A stretch of DNA of 64,000 nucleotides from Candidatus Poseidoniales archaeon (GTDB lineage: Archaea; Thermoplasmatota; Poseidoniia; Poseidoniales; Poseidoniaceae): assembly GCA_038110525.1 (NCBI GenBank), contig JAYNJV010000001.1, positions 126,130-190,129 on the forward strand, written 5' to 3'. Made by a program: the position numbers and the translations under genes. The stretch's first letter is position 1. Each line of letters begins with the position of its first letter. The notes under the pieces are model-generated. The model was not told where the DNA came from, did not search any database, and saw only the letters and a list, made by a program, of their open reading frames with translations. Shown piece by piece: positions 55,610-64,000 of the stretch.

Positions 55610-57313
55610 TTATTGAATCGAAGCTACTTGCTTCAATAAGTCATCGATGTTTATTCGCTCTTGAGAACCATCATCTCGATGCCGTATGGTAAAGGACGAA
55701 TCTTCAATGGTTTGGTGGTCAATGGTGATACAATAAGGGACCCCAATTTCATCAGCACGGGCATACCTTCTTCCGATTGACCCACTTCCATCATATGTTG
55801 CAAAAACCCCAGTTTGAGAAAGAAGTTTTCTGTGAATATCCTTAGCGATTTCATCCATGCCATCCTTTTCAAAAAGTGGTAAAACGCAAACATCTATGGG
55901 TGCAACAGACGGTTCAAATCGAAAATAAGTGTACTCCTCTCCTTCTTTTTCTGTTTCATCATACGCATGATCGAGGATGTGCCATATAATTCGGTCGATA
56001 CCGAAGGCGGGTTCTACAACATGAGGCGTAAACCATTCTCCTGATACCTTCTCTTCTCTTTGGTCCCTCTTCACATGTTCCTCCATAATAGTCAAAACTG
56101 TTCCATCATCGGTGGTGAATTCGATTGGAAATGTGCAATCGGAAGATAAGTCCAGAATCATCGAATTCACTTCTTGAGCGTATTGTCGAAAAGCTGGACC
56201 AGCAGTGGCCATATTCATTGCCCAACCATCGATGACCTGAGTTTGTGGGGTCTCAAATTCTCTTCTTGCCCGAAGTTGTTTTCCCGTATATGTTTCATGA
56301 GCCTCGAGGTCAAAACAACCTCGATGGGCAATACCAACACATTCTACCCACCCGAATGAACCAAAAATTTCTGCGTCCCAACAATCCTGGGCATAATGTG
56401 CCATTTCGTTTTTCTTATGTTGTCGAAAACGTAGAAGAGAATCATGTATTCCCACATGATGTAAGAAATTGTATGTCTGTATCATAAAATGGGCGACGGT
56501 TGGATGGCGAATGATACCACGTTCAAGAGCATCTCCAACGCTCATTTGGAGTTCGCCATGTTCATCCGAAATGAGTACAAGTGTTTGTGCTTGCGAAGAA
56601 CTGAAATCATAGGAGTATGTGCTATCAGGATCAATAAAATACTCTAACTCAGCCATATTGAATTCTCTTAATCGAATCATCCCCTGACGAGGGGAAATTT
56701 CATTCCTGTAACCTTTTCCAATTTGAACTGCACCGAACGGCAATTTTTCTCTGAAGTGCCTGTATAATGTAGGAAAAAGAGTGAACATACCTTGTGCTGT
56801 TTCTGGCCTCAAAAACCCTGCTTTTCCAGAACTCCCCACACCGATTGAGGTATTGAACATGAGATTTTGAGCTCGAATATCAGACCATGTTGATTGACCA
56901 CAATCTGGGCATGTGGGAGAGAGTTGGCTAAAAATTGATTGAAGGTCGCCAAGGGATAGGGCGTCTGCATCAAGTACATGCTCTTCGATTAGCGTATCTG
57001 CCCTAGATGCTTCACCGCAATGTTTGCAATCAACCATGAAGTCAGTAAATTCTGAAACATGGCCGCTTGCTTCTAAAACTGAATAGGGCGTTATTGTAGG
57101 AGAAGAAATTTCGACAATATCACCTTGGGAGAGCCAATGATGTAGCCATTGTTGCTGTATTTTGTTTCGAAGACGACCTCCAACTGGGCCAAAATCGAAT
57201 AGACCTTTGCTTCCTCCGTGAATTTCAAATGCAGGGAGAATGACACCTCTTCTCTTGAGCAATCCTTGAAGGCGCTCGAGCCTTTCTTCAGAGAATGTAG
57301 ATGTGTCGGGCAC
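55610..57313 (-). CDS. glyS: Glycyl-tRNA synthetase (alpha2, archaeal/eukaryotic type)
   Basis: FDFGPVG, ASGHV, LRPETAQG, FRNEISPRQG-like YRNEISPRQGMIRLREF, QHKKNEMAHYA, EPAFGIDR, SIGRRYARADEIG. Confidence 0.97.
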   Translation of the reverse strand: MPDTSTFSEERLERLQGLLKRRGVILPAFEIHGGSKGLFDFGPVGGRLRNKIQQQWLHHWLSQGDIVEISSPTITPYSVLEASGHVSEFTDFMVDCKHCGEASRADTLIEEHVLDADALSLGDLQSIFSQLSPTCPDCGQSTWSDIRAQNLMFNTSIGVGSSGKAGFLRPETAQGMFTLFPTLYRHFREKLPFGAVQIGKGYRNEISPRQGMIRLREFNMAELEYFIDPDSTYSYDFSSSQAQTLVLISDEHGELQMSVGDALERGIIRHPTVAHFMIQTYNFLHHVGIHDSLLRFRQHKKNEMAHYAQDCWDAEIFGSFGWVECVGIAHRGCFDLEAHETYTGKQLRARREFETPQTQVIDGWAMNMATAGPAFRQYAQEVNSMILDLSSDCTFPIEFTTDDGTVLTIMEEHVKRDQREEKVSGEWFTPHVVEPAFGIDRIIWHILDHAYDETEKEGEEYTYFRFEPSVAPIDVCVLPLFEKDGMDEIAKDIHRKLLSQTGVFATYDGSGSIGRRYARADEIGVPYCITIDHQTIEDSSFTIRHRDDGSQERINIDDLLKQVASIQ

Positions 57314-57388
57314 AGTATTTCGACTGGTCCGTTGCCTATCAATTTGACCTTAAATTTGCCAATCATTTGAAGAATTACATAGAATTAA

Positions 57389-57727
57389 ATGGAGGTTCAA
57401 CTTTCAAAGTTCATGGGACAGTCCATGGTTGCCATCACGATGGATATGTGTACCGGATGCGATATGTGTATTCCTCACTGCCCATTTGAAGCCTTGTTGC
57501 CTCTTGCAAAAAATCCAGGGCATCGCAAGCACCAAAAACGACCCGTCATCGTTGTAGAAAATCATTGCGTAGGTTGCCTTTCATGTATTGGATCCTGCCC
57601 AACCAATGCTTTGTATGAAATTGAAATACCTGTTGCAGCGAGTGGAAGTCCGCTTCTACATGATTCAAGTCAACCTGATGTTGAGCAAATTCAACGTTGG
57701 AAACGGAATGGACTCGGTGTCGCTTGA
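57389..57727 (+). CDS. 2x[4Fe-4S] ferredoxin-like protein
   Basis: CTGCDMCIPHCP and CVGCLSCIGSCP. Confidence 0.9.
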   Translation: MEVQLSKFMGQSMVAITMDMCTGCDMCIPHCPFEALLPLAKNPGHRKHQKRPVIVVENHCVGCLSCIGSCPTNALYEIEIPVAASGSPLLHDSSQPDVEQIQRWKRNGLGVA

Positions 57728-57816
57728 CATTCTACCTAATTTGTTTGAATACAAAGGCATCATCTTCATATATTCCTTTCGTCCGCTCAACAACAACGGA
57801 TAAGGCGGGAAAAAAA

Positions 57817-60800
57817 TTGGCAAAAGTAGAATATCTCAATGATTCTCTTTCGACCGAGGTATTGCTTGCTGAGTTATCCCAACCCGTTCGTAATTGGTTC
57901 AAAGATACATTTCCAGATTTTACGGCTCCTCAAAAATTGGCTATTCCGTCAATTATGAACGGTGACCACCTTTTGCTTTGTTCACCAACTGGTTCAGGAA
58001 AAACACTTACCGCCTTTTTATCCATCATTGATAAATTGGTTCGCCTTGCTTTGGATAATAAACTTGAAAACCAAATTTATGCTGTTTACATTTCACCAAT
58101 TAAGGCATTAGCGAATGACATTCAGAGGAATCTTATAGGTCCACTCAAAGAAATTTCTGAAAAATATTTACCAGATCGAGCCCAAGAAATTCGCGTTGGC
58201 CTGCGAACAGGAGACACATCGCAATCAGAAAGGCAAAAGATGCTGACAAAACCACCTCATATTCTGATCACAACTCCCGAAAGTTTAGCCATAGCCATTA
58301 CAAGTGCTAAATTTCAACCGATTATTTCGAATGTCGAATACATTATTCTCGATGAACTCCATTCACTCGTACCTACGAAACGTGGCGTTCATTTGTCGCT
58401 TACCCTATCTTTGCTCGATACCTTGTTGCTTCAGCCAGTGCAAAGAATTGGTATCTCAGCGACTATGGAGCCCTTAGAGACAGTTGCAGAGTATCTTATC
58501 TCCAGCCAAGATGACACCACAAGGGGAAAGGAGAACAATGTAAAAATTGCTAAAATTTCTGGTTCAAGGGAATTGGATTTAGACATCTTGATAACTCATC
58601 CAAAGTTTAGTGACTTACCTGTTCTCAAAATTTTGGATTCAAATGTAGAGGCCATCGCCGACCTCATTTCGGCACATACAACGACTTTGGTTTTTGCAAA
58701 TACTCGTAAAATGACTGAGACATTGGTTCAAAGATTACGACCTTTCTTGGGAGATTTGGTCGCTGGCCACCATGGTTCAATGGACAAAAAAATACGCTTA
58801 GATGTTGAAAGGAAACTAAAGTATGGACATTTGAGAGCTGTCGTTACTTCTTCTTCTCTCGAAATGGGTATTGATATTGGGTCTGTTGATTTGGTCGTAC
58901 AAGTAGGTTCACCTGGAGATATCGCTACAGCACTACAACGAATCGGCCGAGCAGGTCACCATGTTGGTGGAATACCAAGAGCTCGATTTTTACCAACGAG
59001 CGTCGATGACCTCATCGAATTGGCAGCCTTGCAAGCCGCAATTCAAACTGGTGACATGGACCTTCTTGATTTCCCAGAAAACTGCTTGGATGTTGTAGCA
59101 CAATTTGTCCTTGGGCTTGTCATTATCAATGACTTAGATATTGATGAGGCATTTGAAATTATCAGCAATTCTTGGTCATATCGAAATTTTGAGTATGATG
59201 ATTTTATTGAAGTTCTTGATATGCTTGAGGATGAACGACGCATTTGGGTGGATTGGGAAGAAAATATCTATGGTAAAAGAGGCTATTCTCGAATGATTTA
59301 CTACACAAATGTAGGAACCATTGCACCAGATAATTCGTACCTCGTCTTCAATGCAGAAGGTTCAATTTTAGGCCAGTTGTCTGGCTCATTTGTTGCCAAT
59401 TTGAGAAATGGAGACGTCATTCTATTGGGTGGTTCCACCTATCGAGTTACGAATATTCTTGGAACGAGGGTAAACGTTGCTTCCGTTACAGGACATAGGC
59501 CTACGATTCCATCTTGGTCCGGAGAAGCACGGTCTCGTAGCAGGGAGTTGTCAAATTCACTCTTGCAACTTATTCATCATTGCATTGTTGCGTTAAGGCG
59601 ACAAAACGATCCGCGGCTTGTTCTTCGGGATGCATATGGACTTTCAAATGAAGTAGCAAATGCAATAGCAAGACATCTTGAAGAACATAGTCTCGATTCT
59701 TACCAAGTACCAGATACTGAAAGAATATTGGTTGAACAAGTTATCTCTGGACCTTACCCCACCTATGTCATCACGACATGTCGAGGTCGTGGATTTAATA
59801 CAGCATTGGGTTATTTCATGGCGGGGTTGGCTGAATCTCAGAATATCAACGTCATTGAAATGTCCTTCGATGAAAACGGCTTACTTGTAAAAACATCTGC
59901 AGACATTGACCCTAACTCAATGTATCATTCTTTCACATCGAATAATCATATCGAAGTCATCGAGAGATATGTATTGAATTCCCAAGTGTTCAACAAAAGG
60001 TTCAGAGAAGTTGCAGGACGTTCGCTTATTGTTCCAAAACGTATAGGTGCAGATGAATTAAGTCCTCAACAATTTCAACAAAGAACCGATGCTTTGCTTA
60101 CGAAACATCGTACAATTGAAGATAGTTTACTCATCAAAGAGGCAAGAAATGAAATTATGTTCTCAGATATTGATATGAAGAGCCTGACTGATTTCCTCAA
60201 CGCCTGTGATGAAGGGAGAGCAAGAATAGTACACACCCGTGTAACTATCCCCTCTCGTTTGGGAATGTCGCTCTATATGTCTGCATTTGAAGATTTATTG
60301 GCAATGAAAACCAGAGCATTTTTGGTTAAAGATATCGACCCAGAAATTTTACAACGGCTCCTTGGTACCAGATCGCTGGCAACGCAACTCAATCAAGAAG
60401 AATTAACTCAATTTTTCATCGAAAAAACTCCAGTTCCAGTCAATGCAAAAGGTCTTCTCCATCTTATGAATCATGGAGGCGGTCTCGACAGAGAATTCCA
60501 GAATCCTCTTTATCGAGAAAAATTACAAGGTATAGAAATTGAAACTATTCGTGGCTGGGTGGAAGAACTTTGTCAAATTGGAAAAATAACAAAGTTGGAT
60601 GGCACGGGTGCTAGTGAACTCGACGGTAAGTGGTTTAGCAATTTCATGGCTGAAATTCATGGGACATTGGGGTGCCTTGTTTCAAATGGTGGTAAAGAAG
60701 TTGATGATTTAACTGAATTACAAACCCGAGGTTTGACCTATAAAGTGGCAATTTCTTTTGATAAGACAACTCCTACGAAATGGAGAGACGAAACATTAGG

Positions 60801-63096
60801 TGACCCGAAGGAAGCCATCCGAGTCAAAATTATCGAAATGTTAGGTTCCGAAGGACCCAAAAAACTTGATGAGTTGGTCGACCGACTACCGTTTCCTCAA
60901 TCACTTGTCGAGAAATTGCTGTATGAATTGGAAATGAAAAATGTCATTTCAATAGGTTTCTATCGTCAAACAGAAGATGCAGAATATATATTGAAAATCG
61001 ACGAGCATCGTTTAACCGGAGGAGAAGAAGAAGTCATTGAATATAGATATGTGCAAAATATGATTTTGGACAAATCCTTTACGATGTACTCAGATTCTTC
61101 GATTTTCGAAAATCATGTATTCTTTCAAAAACAACAAGAACTTCTCTACCGAATTCATGATTTTTCATTTGCTGATTGGAATGACATGCAAATGGATAGT
61201 GATGTCATCATGGGACGAGTGCTCCATAACCGAATAGGTTACACAACGAAATCCAACATTCCGATGCTTTTAGGACTCAAGCCAGACCCATGGATTGGCC
61301 CAATGGAACAAGAATTGTTGGACAGATTACCGGAACATGAAAATATTACCCGCCAAGAATGGCTCGCGGATTTTCCCAAAGGTGACGACTTCAAAAATCT
61401 CCAACGTGAAATAAAAAATGCCATTCTAAATTTGGAACGGCAAATGCTTGTCGTGAAACAATTTGAAGAAGTTCAAGGTAGAAGAAGACGGTTATCTCTA
61501 TTCCACAAAGTACATCAAAATTACAAACCACTCTCATTCGGTGACGCACTTATTGATATCATTCGCAGAATGGGGCCTATTAAAGCCAACACGCTTCGAT
61601 TTTACATTTCAAGAAGTTTTGAAGAATTGGTGATGGAACTCAATACCCTTGAATCATCTGGCAAGATATCTCGAGTTATGGCATTGGTACCCGAGCCGGA
61701 AGCGTTTTTTTGTATTCCGAGTGATGTCGAAATACTCTATCAGCCAAGAAGAGAAGATAGAACAATGCGTATTTTGACACAATCTGACCCGTATGTATCA
61801 CGATTCATCTGGGATGTACGAGCAACATTGGACAAAGGTTGGTATCTTCCAGTGTTCAAAGGAGTTGATCCTGTAGGAAAGGTGCTTATGTTCAAAGTCA
61901 ATGACTATCTCGAGATTAAAGATGTTCACATGCCTACTGCATATGTGGAAGAATTTTGTGAAGTATTTGAACAGTTATTGTTTAATTATTCATCTCAACT
62001 TATTGATGTTGCAGTTATCACAAATTTCAATGGAGAACCCATTACGGAAGCTGAAGAAAATATCATACAATCGCTTAACAATATTGGATTTAAAATCACC
62101 GGGGAACGAATGATTCGTGGTGCTGTCGTTGACCCGCAACCTCGAGAAATTGCAGAAAGAGCACTCTTTTATCAACATAATATACATCAAACAACACGAT
62201 TGGAACACGAAATGGCTGCATTAAAGAAAATTGAAGAAATTCGAGATGACTTTGGTTTGCGTGGAAGATGTGAAGTTTATCGAGTCGACCTCAAAAGTAT
62301 GGCGAACGCCAATCGCCTGCATCAAGGTATTAACCTACGTGGTCACCAAGTTTGGGCTTCCTACGAACACTTCCAAAAACTCCTAATGATACGCAATGAA
62401 AATCCAGAAGAAGATTTGTGGGACATTGTAGATTTCTTCAAAACAAATACCGATCCTAATATTTTCAAAGAACGTCATGCGTTAACTCAATCAGAATTCC
62501 GAAAATTGGTTCAACCACTCATTCGCACTGGTCATTTGGTACAAGATTTTCGAGGGGGCTTTAGAACAGTCCAACCAATACCAAAAACAGACCCAAGTGA
62601 ACTTCGCAAAGAATACATTCGAGATCTTGTGTCAGAGTACCCTGTTATCACCTTGAAACAACTTATCCGATTAGCAGGAACTCCGTTCAAACCAGAGGAA
62701 TTAAAGGCAGTTCTCAATGAATTTGAACATGACGAAACACTCATCAAGGGTTTTCTCATCGAGGGTGTGCATGAAGTTTGTTGGGGTCGAAAAGAAATGC
62801 TTTCCGAAGCTAAAAATATTCCACCGATTCGAGATTTTGTTTTGCCCCCATCAGACCCCATAGCACCATATTTTGCAGATGTATTGAAAGAAAAATTCGG
62901 TTTCGGTTCGGCCTATTTGGTATTTAAGAATGCAGAACCGGTTGCTGCATTTAAAGCAAATACAAGAAATAAAATCATCGAAATTAAAGATTATGAAGGC
63001 TCAGAAAAAGCGTGGAGAATCGTAAAAGAATTCGCTTGGGAACATCAAATGCCACTTGAATCAGAGATCAGAATCGGTGGAAAACGATTGCAATAA
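57817..63096 (+). CDS. lhr: Lhr-family SF2 helicase, very long form (about 1760 aa)
   Basis: SPTGSGKT, SPIKAL, RTGDT, TTPESL, DELH, SAT, HHGS, SLEMGIDIG, QRIGRAGH; TTG start at 57817 after AGGCGGG. Confidence 0.92.
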   Translation: MAKVEYLNDSLSTEVLLAELSQPVRNWFKDTFPDFTAPQKLAIPSIMNGDHLLLCSPTGSGKTLTAFLSIIDKLVRLALDNKLENQIYAVYISPIKALANDIQRNLIGPLKEISEKYLPDRAQEIRVGLRTGDTSQSERQKMLTKPPHILITTPESLAIAITSAKFQPIISNVEYIILDELHSLVPTKRGVHLSLTLSLLDTLLLQPVQRIGISATMEPLETVAEYLISSQDDTTRGKENNVKIAKISGSRELDLDILITHPKFSDLPVLKILDSNVEAIADLISAHTTTLVFANTRKMTETLVQRLRPFLGDLVAGHHGSMDKKIRLDVERKLKYGHLRAVVTSSSLEMGIDIGSVDLVVQVGSPGDIATALQRIGRAGHHVGGIPRARFLPTSVDDLIELAALQAAIQTGDMDLLDFPENCLDVVAQFVLGLVIINDLDIDEAFEIISNSWSYRNFEYDDFIEVLDMLEDERRIWVDWEENIYGKRGYSRMIYYTNVGTIAPDNSYLVFNAEGSILGQLSGSFVANLRNGDVILLGGSTYRVTNILGTRVNVASVTGHRPTIPSWSGEARSRSRELSNSLLQLIHHCIVALRRQNDPRLVLRDAYGLSNEVANAIARHLEEHSLDSYQVPDTERILVEQVISGPYPTYVITTCRGRGFNTALGYFMAGLAESQNINVIEMSFDENGLLVKTSADIDPNSMYHSFTSNNHIEVIERYVLNSQVFNKRFREVAGRSLIVPKRIGADELSPQQFQQRTDALLTKHRTIEDSLLIKEARNEIMFSDIDMKSLTDFLNACDEGRARIVHTRVTIPSRLGMSLYMSAFEDLLAMKTRAFLVKDIDPEILQRLLGTRSLATQLNQEELTQFFIEKTPVPVNAKGLLHLMNHGGGLDREFQNPLYREKLQGIEIETIRGWVEELCQIGKITKLDGTGASELDGKWFSNFMAEIHGTLGCLVSNGGKEVDDLTELQTRGLTYKVAISFDKTTPTKWRDETLGDPKEAIRVKIIEMLGSEGPKKLDELVDRLPFPQSLVEKLLYELEMKNVISIGFYRQTEDAEYILKIDEHRLTGGEEEVIEYRYVQNMILDKSFTMYSDSSIFENHVFFQKQQELLYRIHDFSFADWNDMQMDSDVIMGRVLHNRIGYTTKSNIPMLLGLKPDPWIGPMEQELLDRLPEHENITRQEWLADFPKGDDFKNLQREIKNAILNLERQMLVVKQFEEVQGRRRRLSLFHKVHQNYKPLSFGDALIDIIRRMGPIKANTLRFYISRSFEELVMELNTLESSGKISRVMALVPEPEAFFCIPSDVEILYQPRREDRTMRILTQSDPYVSRFIWDVRATLDKGWYLPVFKGVDPVGKVLMFKVNDYLEIKDVHMPTAYVEEFCEVFEQLLFNYSSQLIDVAVITNFNGEPITEAEENIIQSLNNIGFKITGERMIRGAVVDPQPREIAERALFYQHNIHQTTRLEHEMAALKKIEEIRDDFGLRGRCEVYRVDLKSMANANRLHQGINLRGHQVWASYEHFQKLLMIRNENPEEDLWDIVDFFKTNTDPNIFKERHALTQSEFRKLVQPLIRTGHLVQDFRGGFRTVQPIPKTDPSELRKEYIRDLVSEYPVITLKQLIRLAGTPFKPEELKAVLNEFEHDETLIKGFLIEGVHEVCWGRKEMLSEAKNIPPIRDFVLPPSDPIAPYFADVLKEKFGFGSAYLVFKNAEPVAAFKANTRNKIIEIKDYEGSEKAWRIVKEFAWEHQMPLESEIRIGGKRLQ

Positions 63097-63150
63097 TGAG
63101 TAAAGTCATTTTACCAACTGCTTAATAGCACCGGCATACAAGCAATATTC

Positions 63151-64000
63151 ATGGGAAGAAGTCACGTAAGTGGGTCAACTCACATTCGAATGGTACTTGT
63201 CGTTGCGTTGTTTTTATTCCTACCAATGAGTAACACCACGATATTGGAAGCAAAAGCAGGTGATATAACCGAAATCGAAGTTCTGCATACCGTCATCCAT
63301 CCAGATACAAACATCACCTACCATTTACTTTCTGAAGGTTCGTGGGAGGATTCGGCGAATGTTGCAAAGTCCTTGGGAGGTTTTCTTGTTACCATTGATA
63401 ATGAAACTGAGGAGCAGTGGATCTTCGATACGTTCGCGTTTTATGGAAATCAAACCCGTCACCTTTGGATAGGATTACACGATTCAAAAGTTGAAGGTGA
63501 ATTTGCTTGGCATGATGGCACTCCATTCATTTACAGAAATTGGGGGGAAGGTCAACCAAGTCAAGGTGGTGATGAAGACTACGTCCATATCACAGGCACC
63601 AACATGGGCAATATTGAACCAGGAACATGGAACGATTTGGAAAACGACCCTCAATACTTTCCTGTCTACGGTGTTGTCCAAATCGGACTAGCAGCTGATT
63701 ATTCTCTGCAATTTTCGGGTGAAGATTATATCGAAAGCGAGCCTCTCAACCTAACGTCATTGGATCATGAATTGACACTTTCTGCCGATATTTATCCTTA
63801 CAGTACCACCGCAACACAATTTATCTTCATGAATGCGGATTATGGATTTGGAATGTATTTGTCGAATGGCTATCTCGCTTATTCAGATGAATACTCATTA
63901 TCGAAAAACCCTAAAGCCAATGCGAATCTTAGTCACAAACTTCCAATCAACCAATGGTCAAATGTTGCAGTAACACTAACTGAAGGAGTCGGTGGAGGGT
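63151..64000 (+). CDS. Secreted/surface protein with C-type lectin domain followed by a probable LamG-like domain (partial, runs off the window)
   Basis: Not in the ORF track because it has no stop in the window. Hand translation: hydrophobic signal MVLVVALFLFLP, then SWEDSANVAKSLGGFLVTIDNETEEQWI, LWIGLHD, FAWHDG, YRNWGEGQPS, EDYV, TWND, then YSLQFSGEDYI...LTLSADIYP...QWSNVAVT. Confidence 0.88.
   Translation, partial: MGRSHVSGSTHIRMVLVVALFLFLPMSNTTILEAKAGDITEIEVLHTVIHPDTNITYHLLSEGSWEDSANVAKSLGGFLVTIDNETEEQWIFDTFAFYGNQTRHLWIGLHDSKVEGEFAWHDGTPFIYRNWGEGQPSQGGDEDYVHITGTNMGNIEPGTWNDLENDPQYFPVYGVVQIGLAADYSLQFSGEDYIESEPLNLTSLDHELTLSADIYPYSTTATQFIFMNADYGFGMYLSNGYLAYSDEYSLSKNPKANANLSHKLPINQWSNVAVTLTEGVGGG

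Noticed and set aside
1-64000. CRISPR arrays, rRNA, SRP/RNase P RNA, IS elements
   Set aside because: I saw no regularly spaced direct repeats, rRNA-like segments or transposase motifs; coding genes leave almost no gap long enough. A covariance-model search would be needed to exclude small RNAs.

Overview
Gene-dense, AT-rich archaeal chromosome segment. The informational genes are archaeal (PAN, aMBF1, PriS, RFC large subunit, Kae1, SRP54, Tsr3, archaeal-type MetRS/ProRS/GlyRS). Together with a DUF835-like gene, zinc-ribbon proteins, a membrane-anchored peptidase, an OPT transporter and a C-type lectin protein, they suggest a Thermoplasmatota heterotroph, most likely Marine Group II / Ca. Poseidoniales (inference, no search run). 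The window holds about 53 CDS and one tRNA-Val(GAC); I saw no integrase, transposase, CRISPR array or rRNA. Metabolic content: methylmalonyl-CoA mutase and epimerase, a complete folate-type histidine catabolic route (hutH, hutU, hutI, formiminotransferase, cyclodeaminase), a YdeP/FdhF-type molybdoenzyme with FdhD, part of the futalosine menaquinone pathway (mqnE, mqnA, mqnD), split transketolase plus transaldolase, TrkAH and a P2A-type ATPase. Most striking observations: (1) a stand-alone 159-aa protein matching one half of eukaryotic deoxyhypusine hydroxylase, with both His-Glu iron motifs and the SVDPAPP linker; (2) a membrane-anchored 7-EF-hand/double-zinc-ribbon protein coupled to a second zinc-ribbon gene and divergent from a DUF835-like gene, a possible Ca2+ signalling module; (3) a Get3/ArsA ATPase with an HSP20-like tail whose gene overlaps SRP54; (4) a ~1760-aa Lhr helicase with a large duplicated C-terminal extension; (5) a 50-aa zinc-finger microprotein missed by the ORF track. 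All family assignments are from motif recognition by eye.
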